DNA from: Acidobacteriota bacterium
Lineage (GTDB): Bacteria > Myxococcota_A > Polyangia > Haliangiales > Haliangiaceae
Length of the DNA stretch: 40,578 nucleotides
Direction: 5' to 3'
Assembly (NCBI GenBank): GCA_050257515.1
Contig: JBLMXA010000867.1
Span: 1 to 40,578, forward strand
Part shown: positions 1 through 11,255 of the stretch, in pieces
Layout: each line of letters begins with the position of its first letter
How positions within the stretch are numbered: the stretch's first letter is position 1
Program-made: the position numbers and the translations under genes
Notes under the pieces: model-generated
Told to the model about the DNA's origin: nothing
Databases searched by the model: none
Seen by the model: the letters and a program-made list of their open reading frames with translations, nothing else

Positions 1-229
1 GCGTGTTGGTGAGCCCGCGCCCGACGTACACGCTGCCGGCCGCCGTCGAGGTCGCGATCACGGTGAGCAGCGACGTCGCGACGGCGACCTTCGGATCGAG
101 GCCGAAGCCGAGCACGAACGCCGGCACCAGCACGATGCCGCCGCCGATGCCGATCCACGCGCCGAGCCATCCCGCGCCGCAACCCACCGCGACCAGGGCC
201 GCGAGGGTAGCGTACGACAGCGGGATCAC
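1..229 (-). CDS. TSUP / TauE-SafE (DUF81) family membrane transporter, N-terminal part; the gene runs off the window start
   Basis: Not in the ORF track because there is no stop in the window. The reverse complement of 1..229 reads GTG(229..227)-IPLSYATLAALVAVGCGAGWLGAWIGIGGGIVLVPAFVLGFGLDPKVAVATSLLTVIATSTAAGSVYVGRGLTNT. It has glycine-rich TM helices with G-I-G-G-G-x-x-x-VP and a TSL motif typical of TauE/SafE N-termini. GC3 is high. Confidence 0.55.
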   Translation of the reverse strand, partial: MIPLSYATLAALVAVGCGAGWLGAWIGIGGGIVLVPAFVLGFGLDPKVAVATSLLTVIATSTAAGSVYVGRGLTNT

Positions 230-261
230 GGTCGCAGCCTACCTCACTCGCCGCGCCGCAG

Positions 262-759
262 TCACGGTTCGTGGTTCCAGGCGGGGTCGGGCAGACCGCG
301 CACGAGCTCGCGTGGCGACGCGCCGGCGAGCGCGGCGATGGCGCGGAACGCGCGGCCGCCCAGCGTGACCTCACGACAGTCCCAGCCCCAACCGACGCGC
401 GCGTAGAGCTTGACGGCGCTCGCGACCGCGGTGCCGCGGAGGAACACGCCGCCGGTGGCCTGGATCTCGCGGCACGCGAACGCGATCAGCGCCGGCGCGA
501 CGCCGCGGCCGCGTGCCGAGCGGCGCACGAACAGGTCGCACAGGCTCGCTCCGCGCACGCAGTGGTGGAGGTCATAGTCGTCGTTCCAGGCGATGAACCC
601 GGCGTCGCACAGCGCAGCGCGGACGCGGCCGGCCGCGAGATCGGCGACCAGCTGCGGGAGCTTGCCGGCCCACGTGCGCGCCCATAGCTCGGTCATGTAC
701 TCGTCGAGCAGGGCGGCGAGCGGTGCGGCATCGTCGACGGTGGCGATTCGAATGTCCAC
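262..759 (-). CDS. GNAT family N-acetyltransferase
   Basis: Only the last 165 aa of track ORF 262..3303 look like protein (VDIRIATVDDAAPLAALLDEYMTEL...). They contain the acetyl-CoA loop VRRSARGRGVAPALI (Q/R-x-x-G-x-G/A). The GTG at 759..757 lies 2 nt after the hrpB stop, with GGAGGA 6 nt upstream. GTG 765 is an in-frame alternative. Confidence 0.75.
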   Translation of the reverse strand: MDIRIATVDDAAPLAALLDEYMTELWARTWAGKLPQLVADLAAGRVRAALCDAGFIAWNDDYDLHHCVRGASLCDLFVRRSARGRGVAPALIAFACREIQATGGVFLRGTAVASAVKLYARVGWGWDCREVTLGGRAFRAIAALAGASPRELVRGLPDPAWNHEP

Positions 760-761
760 GG

Positions 762-3293
762 TCACTCCTCCACGAGCGAGGTCGGATCTTCCGGCCACGC
801 GTGCTTGGGATAGCGGCGCATGAGCTGCTTGCGCAGCGCGGGGTAGTGGCGGACCCAGAAGCCGGGCAGGTCGGTCGTGACCTGGACCGGGCGCTGGTTC
901 GGCGCGAGCAGGTGGAGGACGAGCGGCACGCGGCCGTCGCCGACGGTCGGCGCGCGCGCGAGGCCGAAGAAGTCCTGCATGCGCGACGCGAGCCACGGCG
1001 GGCGATCGAGCTCGTAGTGGATCGGCGCGCGGCGGCGGCGGGGCAGGGTGAGGTGCGTCGGCGCGAGGCGGTCGACGAGCGCGCGCTTGTCGGCGAGCTG
1101 GGCGTCGAGCAGGTCGAGCAGGCCCAGCTGGCGCAGCTCGGCGAACGAGATCGCGCCCTCGCACGCGCGCGCGACCACGCCGGCGAGCGCGTCGTCGGTG
1201 GGCGAGGCGATGCCGGCCTCGGGCGCGACGCTCGCCGCGAACGCGACCCGCGCGCGCCACTGCGCGAGCGCGTCGGCATCGACGAACCGCTCGAGCCCGG
1301 CGGCGAGCGCCTGCTTCGCGAGCAGCTCGGCGGACGCGTGATCGGCGGGCGCGGGTGCGCGCTGCTCGTCGATCGCGAGCCCGTCGTACTCGAGCCGCTG
1401 CACGCGCTCGACGCGCCCGCGGTCGGCGTTCCACACGAGGTCGTCGCGCTCGCTCACGCGGTCCATGTACAGATCGAGCAGCCAGGCCGCGTCGATCGCG
1501 CTCGCTCGCCGGACCTGCACCTTGCTCGCCTGGCCGCGCGCGCCGGTCTCCGCGGCGTCGACCGCGACGAGCAGCTCGGCATCGATCACCGCCGACGTCG
1601 GCGCGAGCGTGCCGGTGCCGCCGCCGGCGAACACGATCTCGGCGCTGCGCGGCGCGCGCCGCTTGCCGACGCGATCGGGAAACCCCGTCAGGATGCACAG
1701 CCGGAGCTCGCGATCGACCGCGTCGGCGTCGCGCGGGCCGCGCGCGCGTGTGTCGGCGATCCGCTCGAGCTGCTTCGCCGCGCGCTCGACGTGGAACGCG
1801 GTGCCGCGATCGAGCCCGCGCTTGTCGGCGAGCGCATCCATGTCGTCGATCAGATCCGACTCGGATGCGATCTTGGCGGTCGCGCCGCGCTGCCGCCGCT
1901 CGAGGCGGATGTCGCGCGCGCCGACGAGCGCCGCGATCGTGCACGCCTCGGGCGCGACGCCGCGAGCTTCCGCCTCGCAGATCACGCGCGCGAGCCGCGG
2001 GTGCAGCGGGAACCTCAGCATGCGCCGGCCGAGCTCGGTGATCGCGCCGCCGGTCACCGCCGCGAGCCGCGCGAGCAGGTCCTCGGCCGCGCGTGCGGCA
2101 GCCTCGGGCGGCGGCTCGAACCAGCGCAGCGCGCCCAGGCCGGCGAGGCCCGCGCCGTGCAGCTCGAGCGCCGCGCCCGCGAGATCGGCGCGCGCGATCT
2201 CCGGTGCCTCGAACGCGCGCCGCGTGTCGTGATCGTGCTTCGTGTACAGCCGCACGACGCGGCCCGGCGCGGTGCGGCCCGCGCGGCCGGCGCGCTGCGC
2301 GCAGCTCGCGCGGCTCACCGGCTCGATCTCGAGGCTCGGTACGCCCGACCACGGCGAGTGGCGCGCGATCCGCGCGAGCCCGCTGTCGATCACGCACGTC
2401 ACGCCGTCGATCGTCACGCTCGTCTCGGCGACGTTCGTCGCGAGGATCACCTTGCGCCGAGGGTTCGGCCGCACCGCGATGTCCTGCTCGTCGGCGGGCA
2501 GGTCGCCGTGCAGCGGCAGCACGGCAAGATCGAACACGCGCGCGGCGTCCTCCAGATCCTCCGCGCAGCGGCGGATCTCGCCGGTGCCCGGCAGGAACAC
2601 GAGCACGTCTCCGGCGGTCCCCTCCTGGATCACGCGGCGCACCGCGGAGGCGACCTGCTTGCCGAGCTGGCGATCGTCGGGCTGCGCGGCGTGATCGATC
2701 GCGATCGGGAACGTCCGGCCTTCGGACCGTACGATCGGCGCCGCATCGGATGCGGCCCCGATCGGATCGGTGACACGGGGCGGCGCGCCGAGGAACGCGG
2801 CGACCGGCTCGGCGTCGAGCGTCGCCGACATCACGACGAGCGCGAGCTCGGGCCGCTTCTCGCGCAGCCGCGCGACGAGCGCGAGCGCGAGGTCGCCGTC
2901 GAGGTGGCGCTCGTGGAACTCGTCGATCACGACGCAGCCGACGCCGCGCAGCTCGGGATCGCCGAGCAGGCGGCGCGTCAGCACGCCCTCGGTGACGAGC
3001 TCGAGGCGGGTGTCCTTGCTCGTCTTGCGGTCGAAGCGCACCTGGTAGCCGACCTCGCCGCCGAGCGGCACGCCGCGCTCGCTCGCGATCCGCGCCGCCG
3101 CCAGCCGCGCCGCGAGCCGGCGCGGTTGCAGCACGACGATCGAGCCGGTCACCTCCCCGGCGTCGAGCAGCGCGCCGGGCACGCGTGTCGTCTTGCCGGC
3201 GCCGGGCGGCGCGACGAGCACGCAGGTCCTGCGATCGCGCACGGCCGCGATCACCTGCGGCATCACGTCGTCGATCGGCAGCCTGGCGAGCAC
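762..3293 (-). CDS. hrpB: ATP-dependent RNA helicase HrpB (DEAH-box)
   Basis: Real part of track ORF 762..4112. Walker [14 protein letters not shown] box (VIDEFHERH), SAT, motif [10 protein letters not shown], and the HrpB C-terminal signature [11 protein letters not shown]. The N-terminus [18 protein letters not shown]...APPGAGKTT aligns with E. coli HrpB MSSLPVAAVLPELL...APTGAGKST, which supports GTG 3293. ATG 3263 is an alternative. Confidence 0.9.
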   Translation of the reverse strand: MLARLPIDDVMPQVIAAVRDRRTCVLVAPPGAGKTTRVPGALLDAGEVTGSIVVLQPRRLAARLAAARIASERGVPLGGEVGYQVRFDRKTSKDTRLELVTEGVLTRRLLGDPELRGVGCVVIDEFHERHLDGDLALALVARLREKRPELALVVMSATLDAEPVAAFLGAPPRVTDPIGAASDAAPIVRSEGRTFPIAIDHAAQPDDRQLGKQVASAVRRVIQEGTAGDVLVFLPGTGEIRRCAEDLEDAARVFDLAVLPLHGDLPADEQDIAVRPNPRRKVILATNVAETSVTIDGVTCVIDSGLARIARHSPWSGVPSLEIEPVSRASCAQRAGRAGRTAPGRVVRLYTKHDHDTRRAFEAPEIARADLAGAALELHGAGLAGLGALRWFEPPPEAAARAAEDLLARLAAVTGGAITELGRRMLRFPLHPRLARVICEAEARGVAPEACTIAALVGARDIRLERRQRGATAKIASESDLIDDMDALADKRGLDRGTAFHVERAAKQLERIADTRARGPRDADAVDRELRLCILTGFPDRVGKRRAPRSAEIVFAGGGTGTLAPTSAVIDAELLVAVDAAETGARGQASKVQVRRASAIDAAWLLDLYMDRVSERDDLVWNADRGRVERVQRLEYDGLAIDEQRAPAPADHASAELLAKQALAAGLERFVDADALAQWRARVAFAASVAPEAGIASPTDDALAGVVARACEGAISFAELRQLGLLDLLDAQLADKRALVDRLAPTHLTLPRRRRAPIHYELDRPPWLASRMQDFFGLARAPTVGDGRVPLVLHLLAPNQRPVQVTTDLPGFWVRHYPALRKQLMRRYPKHAWPEDPTSLVEE

Positions 3294-3317
3294 GCCTGAC
3301 CATATACTGCGCCGGAG

Positions 3318-4187
3318 ATGTTCCCGATCCCGCCGTTGCCCGCGTTTGCTGCCGACCAGTCGACCACCGCCTCCGGCCACCTCCGCTACGAGGACGTCAC
3401 CCAGGACGGCCACCTGCTGCCGGTCGCGATGCCGTCGTCGCTCGCGTATCTGTGGCGCGACGCGATCGTCCCGCACCGGGGCGCGCGCAACGCGCTCGCG
3501 CAGGGCATCCTGCCGATCCTGACGCGGATGACGCTGATCTCGCACGACCAGCCGATCCGCGTCGATCGACCCGTCGAGATCCGCGCCGGGTTCCAGCTCG
3601 CGCGCGACCCCGCGACCGAGAAGCTCTACATGAACGTGTGGAGCGACATCCACGGCGCCGCCGGCAAGCTGTCGCGCCACGTCACCGCGGGCGAGCTCGC
3701 GGTCGCCGGCAGCGTGTTCGCCGAGCACACGTTCACGCGGCTGCTCGCGCCGCCCGATCAACGCCGCGTCACCCGGCTCGCCGTCGACGGCTACCCCGAG
3801 CTGCCCGACACGATCTACGCCGCGCCCGCGGCGCCGACGGCTCAGGAAGCTCCCGAGGGCGCGACCTGGCTCGACGAGCTGGCGCCCGATCCCGCCGAGT
3901 ACGCGTTCACGCTCGACCAGACCGACTCCAACCAGCACGTCAACTCGCTGTCGTACGTGCGGCTGTTCCTCGACGCGGTGAACCGCCGGCTCGCGTCCGC
4001 CGGTCGGCCGATGCGCGTGCGCAGCCGCGCGGTCGACATCGCGTACCGAAAGCCGTGCTTCGCGGGCGACCGCGTGCGCGTCCAGCTGAGGCTGTTCGAG
4101 CACGCCGGCCACGTCGGAGCTGCCGGATCTGTCGTCGGCAGCGACGGCAAACCCAGGTGTTACGTCCGCGCGATCGTCGTTCCGTAA
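3318..4187 (+). CDS. Tandem hotdog-fold thioesterase-like protein (acyl-ACP thioesterase family-like)
   Basis: Track ORF 3318..4187 with normal amino-acid composition. The motif [19 protein letters not shown] resembles the D-x-N-x-HVNN-x-x-Y core of acyl-ACP thioesterases. The size (289 aa) fits a double hotdog fold. Confidence 0.55.
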   Translation: MFPIPPLPAFAADQSTTASGHLRYEDVTQDGHLLPVAMPSSLAYLWRDAIVPHRGARNALAQGILPILTRMTLISHDQPIRVDRPVEIRAGFQLARDPATEKLYMNVWSDIHGAAGKLSRHVTAGELAVAGSVFAEHTFTRLLAPPDQRRVTRLAVDGYPELPDTIYAAPAAPTAQEAPEGATWLDELAPDPAEYAFTLDQTDSNQHVNSLSYVRLFLDAVNRRLASAGRPMRVRSRAVDIAYRKPCFAGDRVRVQLRLFEHAGHVGAAGSVVGSDGKPRCYVRAIVVP

Positions 4188-4288
4188 ACACCGGCAACCT
4201 CCCCGTCAAGGCGGTTGCGCAGCGCGTGCGCGTGGTTACCAAGGAATCAGCTACCCACCCCATCTTCCCTGCACAGGAGGAACTCACG

Positions 4289-4717
4289 ATGTCACTCGCA
4301 CTGCGCACCAACGGAACCACGCGGACCCCTTACTCGCTCGCCCGCGAGCTGCTCGGCTGGGACCCCTTCTTCTCGGAGCGGCCGCTGTCGGCGTTCTCGC
4401 CGACGTTCGAGGTCAAGGAGACCGCCGAGGCGTTCGTGATCAAGGCCGACGTCCCCGGCGTCGGCGAGAAGGATCTCGACGTCGCGATCGATAACGGCGT
4501 GCTGACCGTCACCGGCAGCCGCCAGGCGGAGGACCGCAAGGAGGGCGAGAGCTACTCGCTCTACGAGCGCCAGTACGGCTCGTTCACGCGCAGCTTCAAG
4601 CTGCCGGACGTCGCCGACGGCGAGCGCGTCGAGGCCAAGCTCGACAGCGGCGTGCTCACGCTGACGATCGGCAAGAAGGCCGAGGCGAAGCCGCGCAAGA
4701 TCTCGATCAAGAAGTAG
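4289..4717 (+). CDS. Small heat-shock protein, Hsp20 / alpha-crystallin family
   Basis: Last 142 aa of track ORF 3185..4717: [39 protein letters not shown]...[33 protein letters not shown] is a textbook alpha-crystallin domain. AGGAGG at 4275..4280 lies 8 nt before ATG 4289. Confidence 0.92.
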   Translation: MSLALRTNGTTRTPYSLARELLGWDPFFSERPLSAFSPTFEVKETAEAFVIKADVPGVGEKDLDVAIDNGVLTVTGSRQAEDRKEGESYSLYERQYGSFTRSFKLPDVADGERVEAKLDSGVLTLTIGKKAEAKPRKISIKK

Positions 4718-4719
4718 CG

Positions 4720-5457
4720 CTACGGCTGCCAGGCGTGGGTGTAGACGTCGACGAACGCCTTCGCGGTGTTCTCGAGGTCCTCGCGCGGCAGCAGCTTCGC
4801 GAGCACCTCCTTCGAGGTCGGCATGTCGTCCTTGTACTCGGCGACCACGCGGATCTCGTTGAGATCGTCGTGGTAGTAGAGGACGTAGGCCTCGGTCCAC
4901 GCGCTCTTCTTGTCGACGACCTCGCCGAGCTGGTACGTGTAGAACATCGGCTGGCCGTGCAGCTCGGTCTGGCCGATCTCGAACGTGGTGCTCGGCTCGC
5001 CCTTGAGCTCGACCGGGACGTAGCTCTGCAGCTCTTCCTTGTGGCTCTGCCACGTCGCGAGGTCCATCGGCCAGCAGCGCGCGCCCTGGTTCGTGCAGGC
5101 CTCGACGTGGATGTTCGCGCGCAGCACCGGGTGGCTCGGGATCTGCTGGATCACGTACATCGCGTCATCGGTGACGCCGCGGACGTCCTTGACGAACTCG
5201 GGGAAGTCCATGTCGGCGAGCTTCTGCAGGATGTCCTTGTTGACCGGGCGGCTCGACTTGACCGGCGGCGTGCCGGGGCCGTGCGGCAGGTCGACGTCGT
5301 GAGGCGTCGCGGGCTTCGCGCCGGCGGTGGTCTCGACCTTGCCGGAGCCCGGCGCGGCTTGCGGCTTCGGCTTGCCCTTGCAGCCGAACGTCAGCCCGAA
5401 GGCCACCACAGACATGGATGCAACTACGAGCGTACGCACGGTCGGGGAGCCTAGCAT
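4720..5457 (-). CDS. Hypothetical lipoprotein
   Basis: Last 245 aa of track ORF 4720..6141. It has a signal peptide MLGSPTVRTLVVASMSVVAFGLTFGC with a lipobox-like cysteine, then a K/P-rich linker and a globular domain of normal composition. ATG 5457 overlaps the mntP stop by 1 nt (TGATG). Confidence 0.6.
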   Translation of the reverse strand: MLGSPTVRTLVVASMSVVAFGLTFGCKGKPKPQAAPGSGKVETTAGAKPATPHDVDLPHGPGTPPVKSSRPVNKDILQKLADMDFPEFVKDVRGVTDDAMYVIQQIPSHPVLRANIHVEACTNQGARCWPMDLATWQSHKEELQSYVPVELKGEPSTTFEIGQTELHGQPMFYTYQLGEVVDKKSAWTEAYVLYYHDDLNEIRVVAEYKDDMPTSKEVLAKLLPREDLENTAKAFVDVYTHAWQP

Positions 5458-6002
5458 CAGCGGGATCCGATCCAAATATCGATCCCGATGCCAACCAGGA
5501 CCAGGCCGCCCAGAATTCCCAGCCGGGGGCCGATCCGGCCGCCGATCGCGCGGCCCGCGCCGTACCCGACCCCCGAGCACGCCGCGGTGACCGCGCCGAT
5601 CAGCAGGATCGACAGCCACGGCGGCGCGGTCAGGTCCTCGAGCGTGAGCCCGGCGGCCGCCGCGTCGATCGACGTCGCGATGCCGAGGCCGAAGTAGATG
5701 CCGAGCGTGCCGCGCGGGACGTGCTCGGGCTCCTCGGCCTCCCCGCGCACGCCGTCGACGATCATCTTGAGCCCGATCAGCGCGAGCAGCCCGAGCGCGA
5801 CCGGCCCCTTCCAGCGCGCGATGTACGGGCCGATCGACTTGCCGGCGAGCCAGCCGAGCGCCGACATGCCCGCCTGGAACCCGCCGAACACGATCGGCAG
5901 GATCACCAGCTCGCGGCGAAGGTGGCCGGCGAGCCCGCGGACCGCGGACACGGCGGTGGCGTCCATCGCGAGCCCGAACGACAGGGCCACCGCCTCCCAC
6001 AC
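5457..6002 (-). CDS. mntP: Manganese efflux pump MntP (two DUF204 repeats)
   Basis: Last 181 aa of track ORF 5457..6230: VWEAVALSFGLAMDATAVSAV... plus a second repeat GLGIATSIDAAAAG. The size and the duplicated xMDA/SIDA TM motifs match MntP. GTG 6002 is preceded by GGGGAAGGA, with 9 nt between AGGA and the start. Confidence 0.8.
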   Translation of the reverse strand: MWEAVALSFGLAMDATAVSAVRGLAGHLRRELVILPIVFGGFQAGMSALGWLAGKSIGPYIARWKGPVALGLLALIGLKMIVDGVRGEAEEPEHVPRGTLGIYFGLGIATSIDAAAAGLTLEDLTAPPWLSILLIGAVTAACSGVGYGAGRAIGGRIGPRLGILGGLVLVGIGIDIWIGSR

Positions 6003-6185
6003 TAGGCCGGATCCTTCCCCACGCCGTCGGCTGCGACCATCGCGGCGCGGGCAGCTCGAGGCGTACGGCCGGTTCTCGCTCGTCCCGTACTGGAGTACGG
6101 GCCTCGCTGCGCTTCCGGGCGTGCGCCTCGATCTGCCGCACGCCGCTCGGTCTCGCTCGACATCGTGGGGAAGGATCCGGCCTAG
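6002..6185 (-). promoter_or_regulatory. Structured fadA-mntP intergenic leader closed by a perfect 22-bp long-range inverted repeat that sequesters the mntP Shine-Dalgarno
   Basis: 6002..6023 ctaggccggatccttccccacg is the exact reverse complement of 6164..6185 cgtggggaaggatccggcctag, with a 140-nt spacer. The arms start at the fadA stop codon (6182..6184) and end on the first base of the mntP GTG (6002). The interior contains at least three further hairpins on the minus-strand RNA. The repeat is certain; its function is inferred. Confidence 0.5.
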
Positions 6186-7345
6186 GCGCGCTCGAACAAC
6201 CCCGCCGCGCCCTGGCCGCCGCCGATGCACATCGTGACGATCGCGTACTTGCCGCCGCGGCGGCGCAGCTCGTAGAGCGCGGTCGCCGTGAGCTTCGCGC
6301 CGGTGCAGCCGAGCGGATGCCCGAGCGCGATCGCGCCGCCGTGGACGTTGATCTTGGAGTCGGGGATGCCGAGCTCCTTCTGGCAGTACACCGACTGCGA
6401 CGCGAACGCCTCGTTGAGCTCGAACAGATCGATCTGATCGATCGACAGTCCGGTCTTCGCGAGCAGCTTCTTGACCGCCGGCAGCGGGCCGATGCCCATG
6501 ATCTCGGGATCGACGCCGACGGTCACGAACGCGCGGAAGATGCCGAGCGGCTTGACGCCGAGCTTGTTCGCGGCGTCGCGCGACATCACGAGCGCGGCCG
6601 CCGCGCCGTCCGACAGCGGCGAGCTGTTGCCCGCGGTGACGCTGCCGCCCTGGGCGAACGCCGGCGGCAGCTTGCCGAGGCCCTCGAGCGTCGTCTCGGG
6701 GCGCGGCAGCTCGTCGACGGTGAAGTCGTGGTAGACGCGATGGCCGTCCTTGTACGACACCGCGCGCACCGGCACGATCTCGTCGGCGAACACCTTGTTC
6801 GCGAGTGCCGCCTTCGCCTTCATCTGCGACCGGTAGGCGAACTCGTCCTGCTGCTGGCGCGAGATGCCGAACCGCTTCGCGACGTTCTCCGCGGTGATGC
6901 CCATCGGCGTGTTCGCGCCGGGCATGTGGTCCATCAGCTCCGGCGACGCCGACAGGTGGAAGCCGGTCATCGGCACGTAGGTCATCGACTCGAGGCCGCC
7001 GGCGATCACGACGTCGTTGCTGCCGACCGCGATCGAGCCCGCGGCGATCGCGATCGCCTGCAGGCCGCTCGAGCAGAACCGGTTGATCGTCTGCGCCGGG
7101 ACGTCGATGCCGAGATCGGCGGCGAGCGCGACGAGCCGCGCGACGTTCAGGCCTTGCTCGCCCTCGGGCATCGCACAGCCGAGCACGACGTCGTCGATGT
7201 GGCCCTTGGCCTGCGGCACGCGCGCGAGCAGGCCGCGCACGACGTCGGTCGCGAGCTCGTCGGGGCGCTTGGTCGCGAGCGAGCCCTTGATGGACCGGCC
7301 GACCGCGGAGCGAACAGCTTCGGCAATGACGATTTCGGTGGTCAT
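6182..7345 (-). CDS. fadA: Acetyl-CoA C-acyltransferase (3-ketoacyl-CoA thiolase)
   Basis: Last 387 aa of track ORF 6182..7498. Thiolase signatures are present: active-site Cys in NRFCSSGLQAI, NEAFA, and C-terminal GHPLGCTGA...CIGGGQG. ATG 7345 lies 2 nt after the fadN stop, with GAGGAA upstream. Confidence 0.92.
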   Translation of the reverse strand: MTTEIVIAEAVRSAVGRSIKGSLATKRPDELATDVVRGLLARVPQAKGHIDDVVLGCAMPEGEQGLNVARLVALAADLGIDVPAQTINRFCSSGLQAIAIAAGSIAVGSNDVVIAGGLESMTYVPMTGFHLSASPELMDHMPGANTPMGITAENVAKRFGISRQQQDEFAYRSQMKAKAALANKVFADEIVPVRAVSYKDGHRVYHDFTVDELPRPETTLEGLGKLPPAFAQGGSVTAGNSSPLSDGAAAALVMSRDAANKLGVKPLGIFRAFVTVGVDPEIMGIGPLPAVKKLLAKTGLSIDQIDLFELNEAFASQSVYCQKELGIPDSKINVHGGAIALGHPLGCTGAKLTATALYELRRRGGKYAIVTMCIGGGQGAAGLFERA

Positions 7346-7347
7346 GG

Positions 7348-9624
<2,277 letters not shown>

Positions 9625-9736
9625 GTGATCGCGTCTGTACCACATGCACCCCGTGCTAGGCCCGCTCAGCCGTGGCGCACGCGCACGCTCCCGCGCGCGC
9701 GCTTTGTCTCGGAGAACGGCTTGCTACCCTTCCGAC

Positions 9737-9949
9737 ATGTCCGCCGAGCCAACCACTCGACTCATCGAGCGCGAGCGGCTGACCGAGCTGCTCGAGACCT
9801 CGCGCGCCGGCACTCGCTTCGCGCATACCGTGCGCCGACCGCGCAGGCCGCGGCGCGAGCGCGACAGCGGCTCGGCGCTGCGCGGCCTCGCGTTCGTCGT
9901 CGTCGCGACGCTCGTGCTGCGCGCGCTGATCGGCTGGGTCTTCTTCTAG
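9737..9949 (+). CDS. Hypothetical small protein with a C-terminal TM helix (tail-anchored-like)
   Basis: In-frame ATG inside track ORF 9644..9949: MSAEPTTRLIERERLTELLETSRAG...GLAFVVVATLVLRALIGWVFF. GC3 is high and the composition is plausible, but there is no clear SD and I recognise no family. Confidence 0.3.
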   Translation: MSAEPTTRLIERERLTELLETSRAGTRFAHTVRRPRRPRRERDSGSALRGLAFVVVATLVLRALIGWVFF

Positions 9950-9953
9950 CCGC

Positions 9954-11255
9954 CTACTGCACGACCTGAACGCAGGTCGCGATGTCGAACAGCATGAACG
10001 CGAGGGCCTTCTCCTGCGCGGTCAGCGCCGACGTCGTGCAGCCGCTCGGGAACGTGCCCGAGCTCGACTGCTCCGAGGTGACGTGCATGTCCGAGAACAC
10101 GACCTTGCCGCAGCGCTGGTCCTTCGGCGCCTCGTTCGGCGTCGTGAACTGGAAGTCCTGCGGGTACTGCGAGCCGCCGTTGTCCCAGTAGATCCAGCGC
10201 TCGGCCTTGTTCGGATCCATCGTGTTGACGGTCTGCCGGCTCGTCGAGCTGTCGATCGGCACCTGACCGCTCGAACCGCCGCCGACGGCCTGCATCCACG
10301 CCGCGAACGCCGCGCCGTGCGGGTTGTTGACCTGGTCGATCGTGTCGCTCGAGATCGACGGGTAGTTGTCGGTCCACGTCGCGATGTCCTTCCACACCAT
10401 CGGCGCGTGCGACGGGTTGCCGGTCTCGCCGCTGATCCAGATGTTGTGGTAGTGCGACATGAACAGGCGGCCGCCGATGTCGGCGTAGGCCTTCATGTTG
10501 TCCATCGAGGCCTGCGGCTTCGTCGTCGGGTTCTGGCTGCACTCGCACGACATCAGCACCATGTCGTAGTTCTTGAGCTTGTTCGGATTGCTCCACAGCG
10601 CCTGCGCCGGCGACAGGGTCGTGTTGCCGATCTGGTTCGCGCCGTTGCCGTTGTAGAGGTGGATGCGGCCGGTGCCGGTGTCGGCGGTGAACTCGCCGTC
10701 GGCGACGCCGAGGCGGCGGATCAGGCACTCGAGCGCGTCGCACTCGCCGGTCGTGATCGCGATGCGCGGGATGTCGCCCTCGAAGTGGCTCTTCGGCAGG
10801 CGCGTGTGCTCGGCGTCGATCGGGTTGTCGGTGCAGGGCTGGATGTTCTCGAGCAGCACCTGGCGGCGCCACTTGCCGATCTGGATGACGAGCGGGATGT
10901 CGTTGCCCGACGGCACGTTCGTCAGCGTGAACTTGCCCGTCTCGTCCGAGGTCGCGCGGGCGACCGGGTTGCCGGGCAGCGTGTCGGTGCACTGGCCGCA
11001 CTCGACGCCCTCGTGCAGCGGGCCCGGATCCTCGGTCGGGATGTAGACGGTCGCGTTGTAGAGCGCGAGCGTGCCGTTCGGCGCGTACACCGTGCCGGAG
11101 ATCGTCGTGTCCGGCTTGTTCTGGATCTTGCAGTTCACGACCAGGCAGCCGATGCCGACGCACGCGTCGGCGGGAGGCGGCGCGTCGGGCTTTTCACGTC
11201 CACCACCGCAGGAAGCCAGACCAGCCAGAATAAGCACGACGAGGGGGAGTCGCAT
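9954..11255 (-). CDS. Cysteine-rich lipoprotein with an N-terminal carboxypeptidase-regulatory-like beta-sandwich; function unknown
   Basis: Last 433 aa of track ORF 9954..11339. Signal peptide plus lipobox MRLPLVVLILAGLASC. The segment ISGTVYAPNGTLALYNATVYIP...DETGKFTLTNVPSGNDIPLVIQIGKW resembles CarboxypepD_reg. There are more than a dozen further cysteines, and the composition is normal with N/Q/T-rich stretches. Confidence 0.7.
   Translation of the reverse strand: MRLPLVVLILAGLASCGGGREKPDAPPPADACVGIGCLVVNCKIQNKPDTTISGTVYAPNGTLALYNATVYIPTEDPGPLHEGVECGQCTDTLPGNPVARATSDETGKFTLTNVPSGNDIPLVIQIGKWRRQVLLENIQPCTDNPIDAEHTRLPKSHFEGDIPRIAITTGECDALECLIRRLGVADGEFTADTGTGRIHLYNGNGANQIGNTTLSPAQALWSNPNKLKNYDMVLMSCECSQNPTTKPQASMDNMKAYADIGGRLFMSHYHNIWISGETGNPSHAPMVWKDIATWTDNYPSISSDTIDQVNNPHGAAFAAWMQAVGGGSSGQVPIDSSTSRQTVNTMDPNKAERWIYWDNGGSQYPQDFQFTTPNEAPKDQRCGKVVFSDMHVTSEQSSSGTFPSGCTTSALTAQEKALAFMLFDIATCVQVVQ

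Noticed and set aside
723-3299. 858-aa plus-strand ORF, with other long ORFs (271..687, 1355..2041, 2093..2773 and the upstream part of 262..3303) overlapping hrpB
   Set aside because: Their composition is extreme in Arg/Ala/Gly/Pro/Asp and they carry no recognisable motifs. They are antisense or off-frame shadows of hrpB, which has full helicase signatures. Long stop-free shadow frames are expected at this GC content.
4201-4288. sigma32-type heat-shock promoter upstream of hsp20 (CCCCATCT at 4257..4264)
   Set aside because: The -10-like CCCCATCT is present, but there is no convincing CTTGAA -35 at 13-17 nt upstream (only TTACCA). It is also uncertain whether this lineage uses an RpoH-type factor. 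The evidence is too weak to call a feature.
6002-6185. Canonical yybP-ykoY (Mn2+) riboswitch upstream of mntP
   Set aside because: I could not find the conserved GGGGAGUAG core in the 5' half or the usual 3' motif order on the minus-strand RNA. GAGACC occurs near the 5' end and GGGGAAGG near the 3' end, which is the wrong order. I therefore report the element as an unclassified structured leader rather than a known riboswitch. A covariance-model search is needed.
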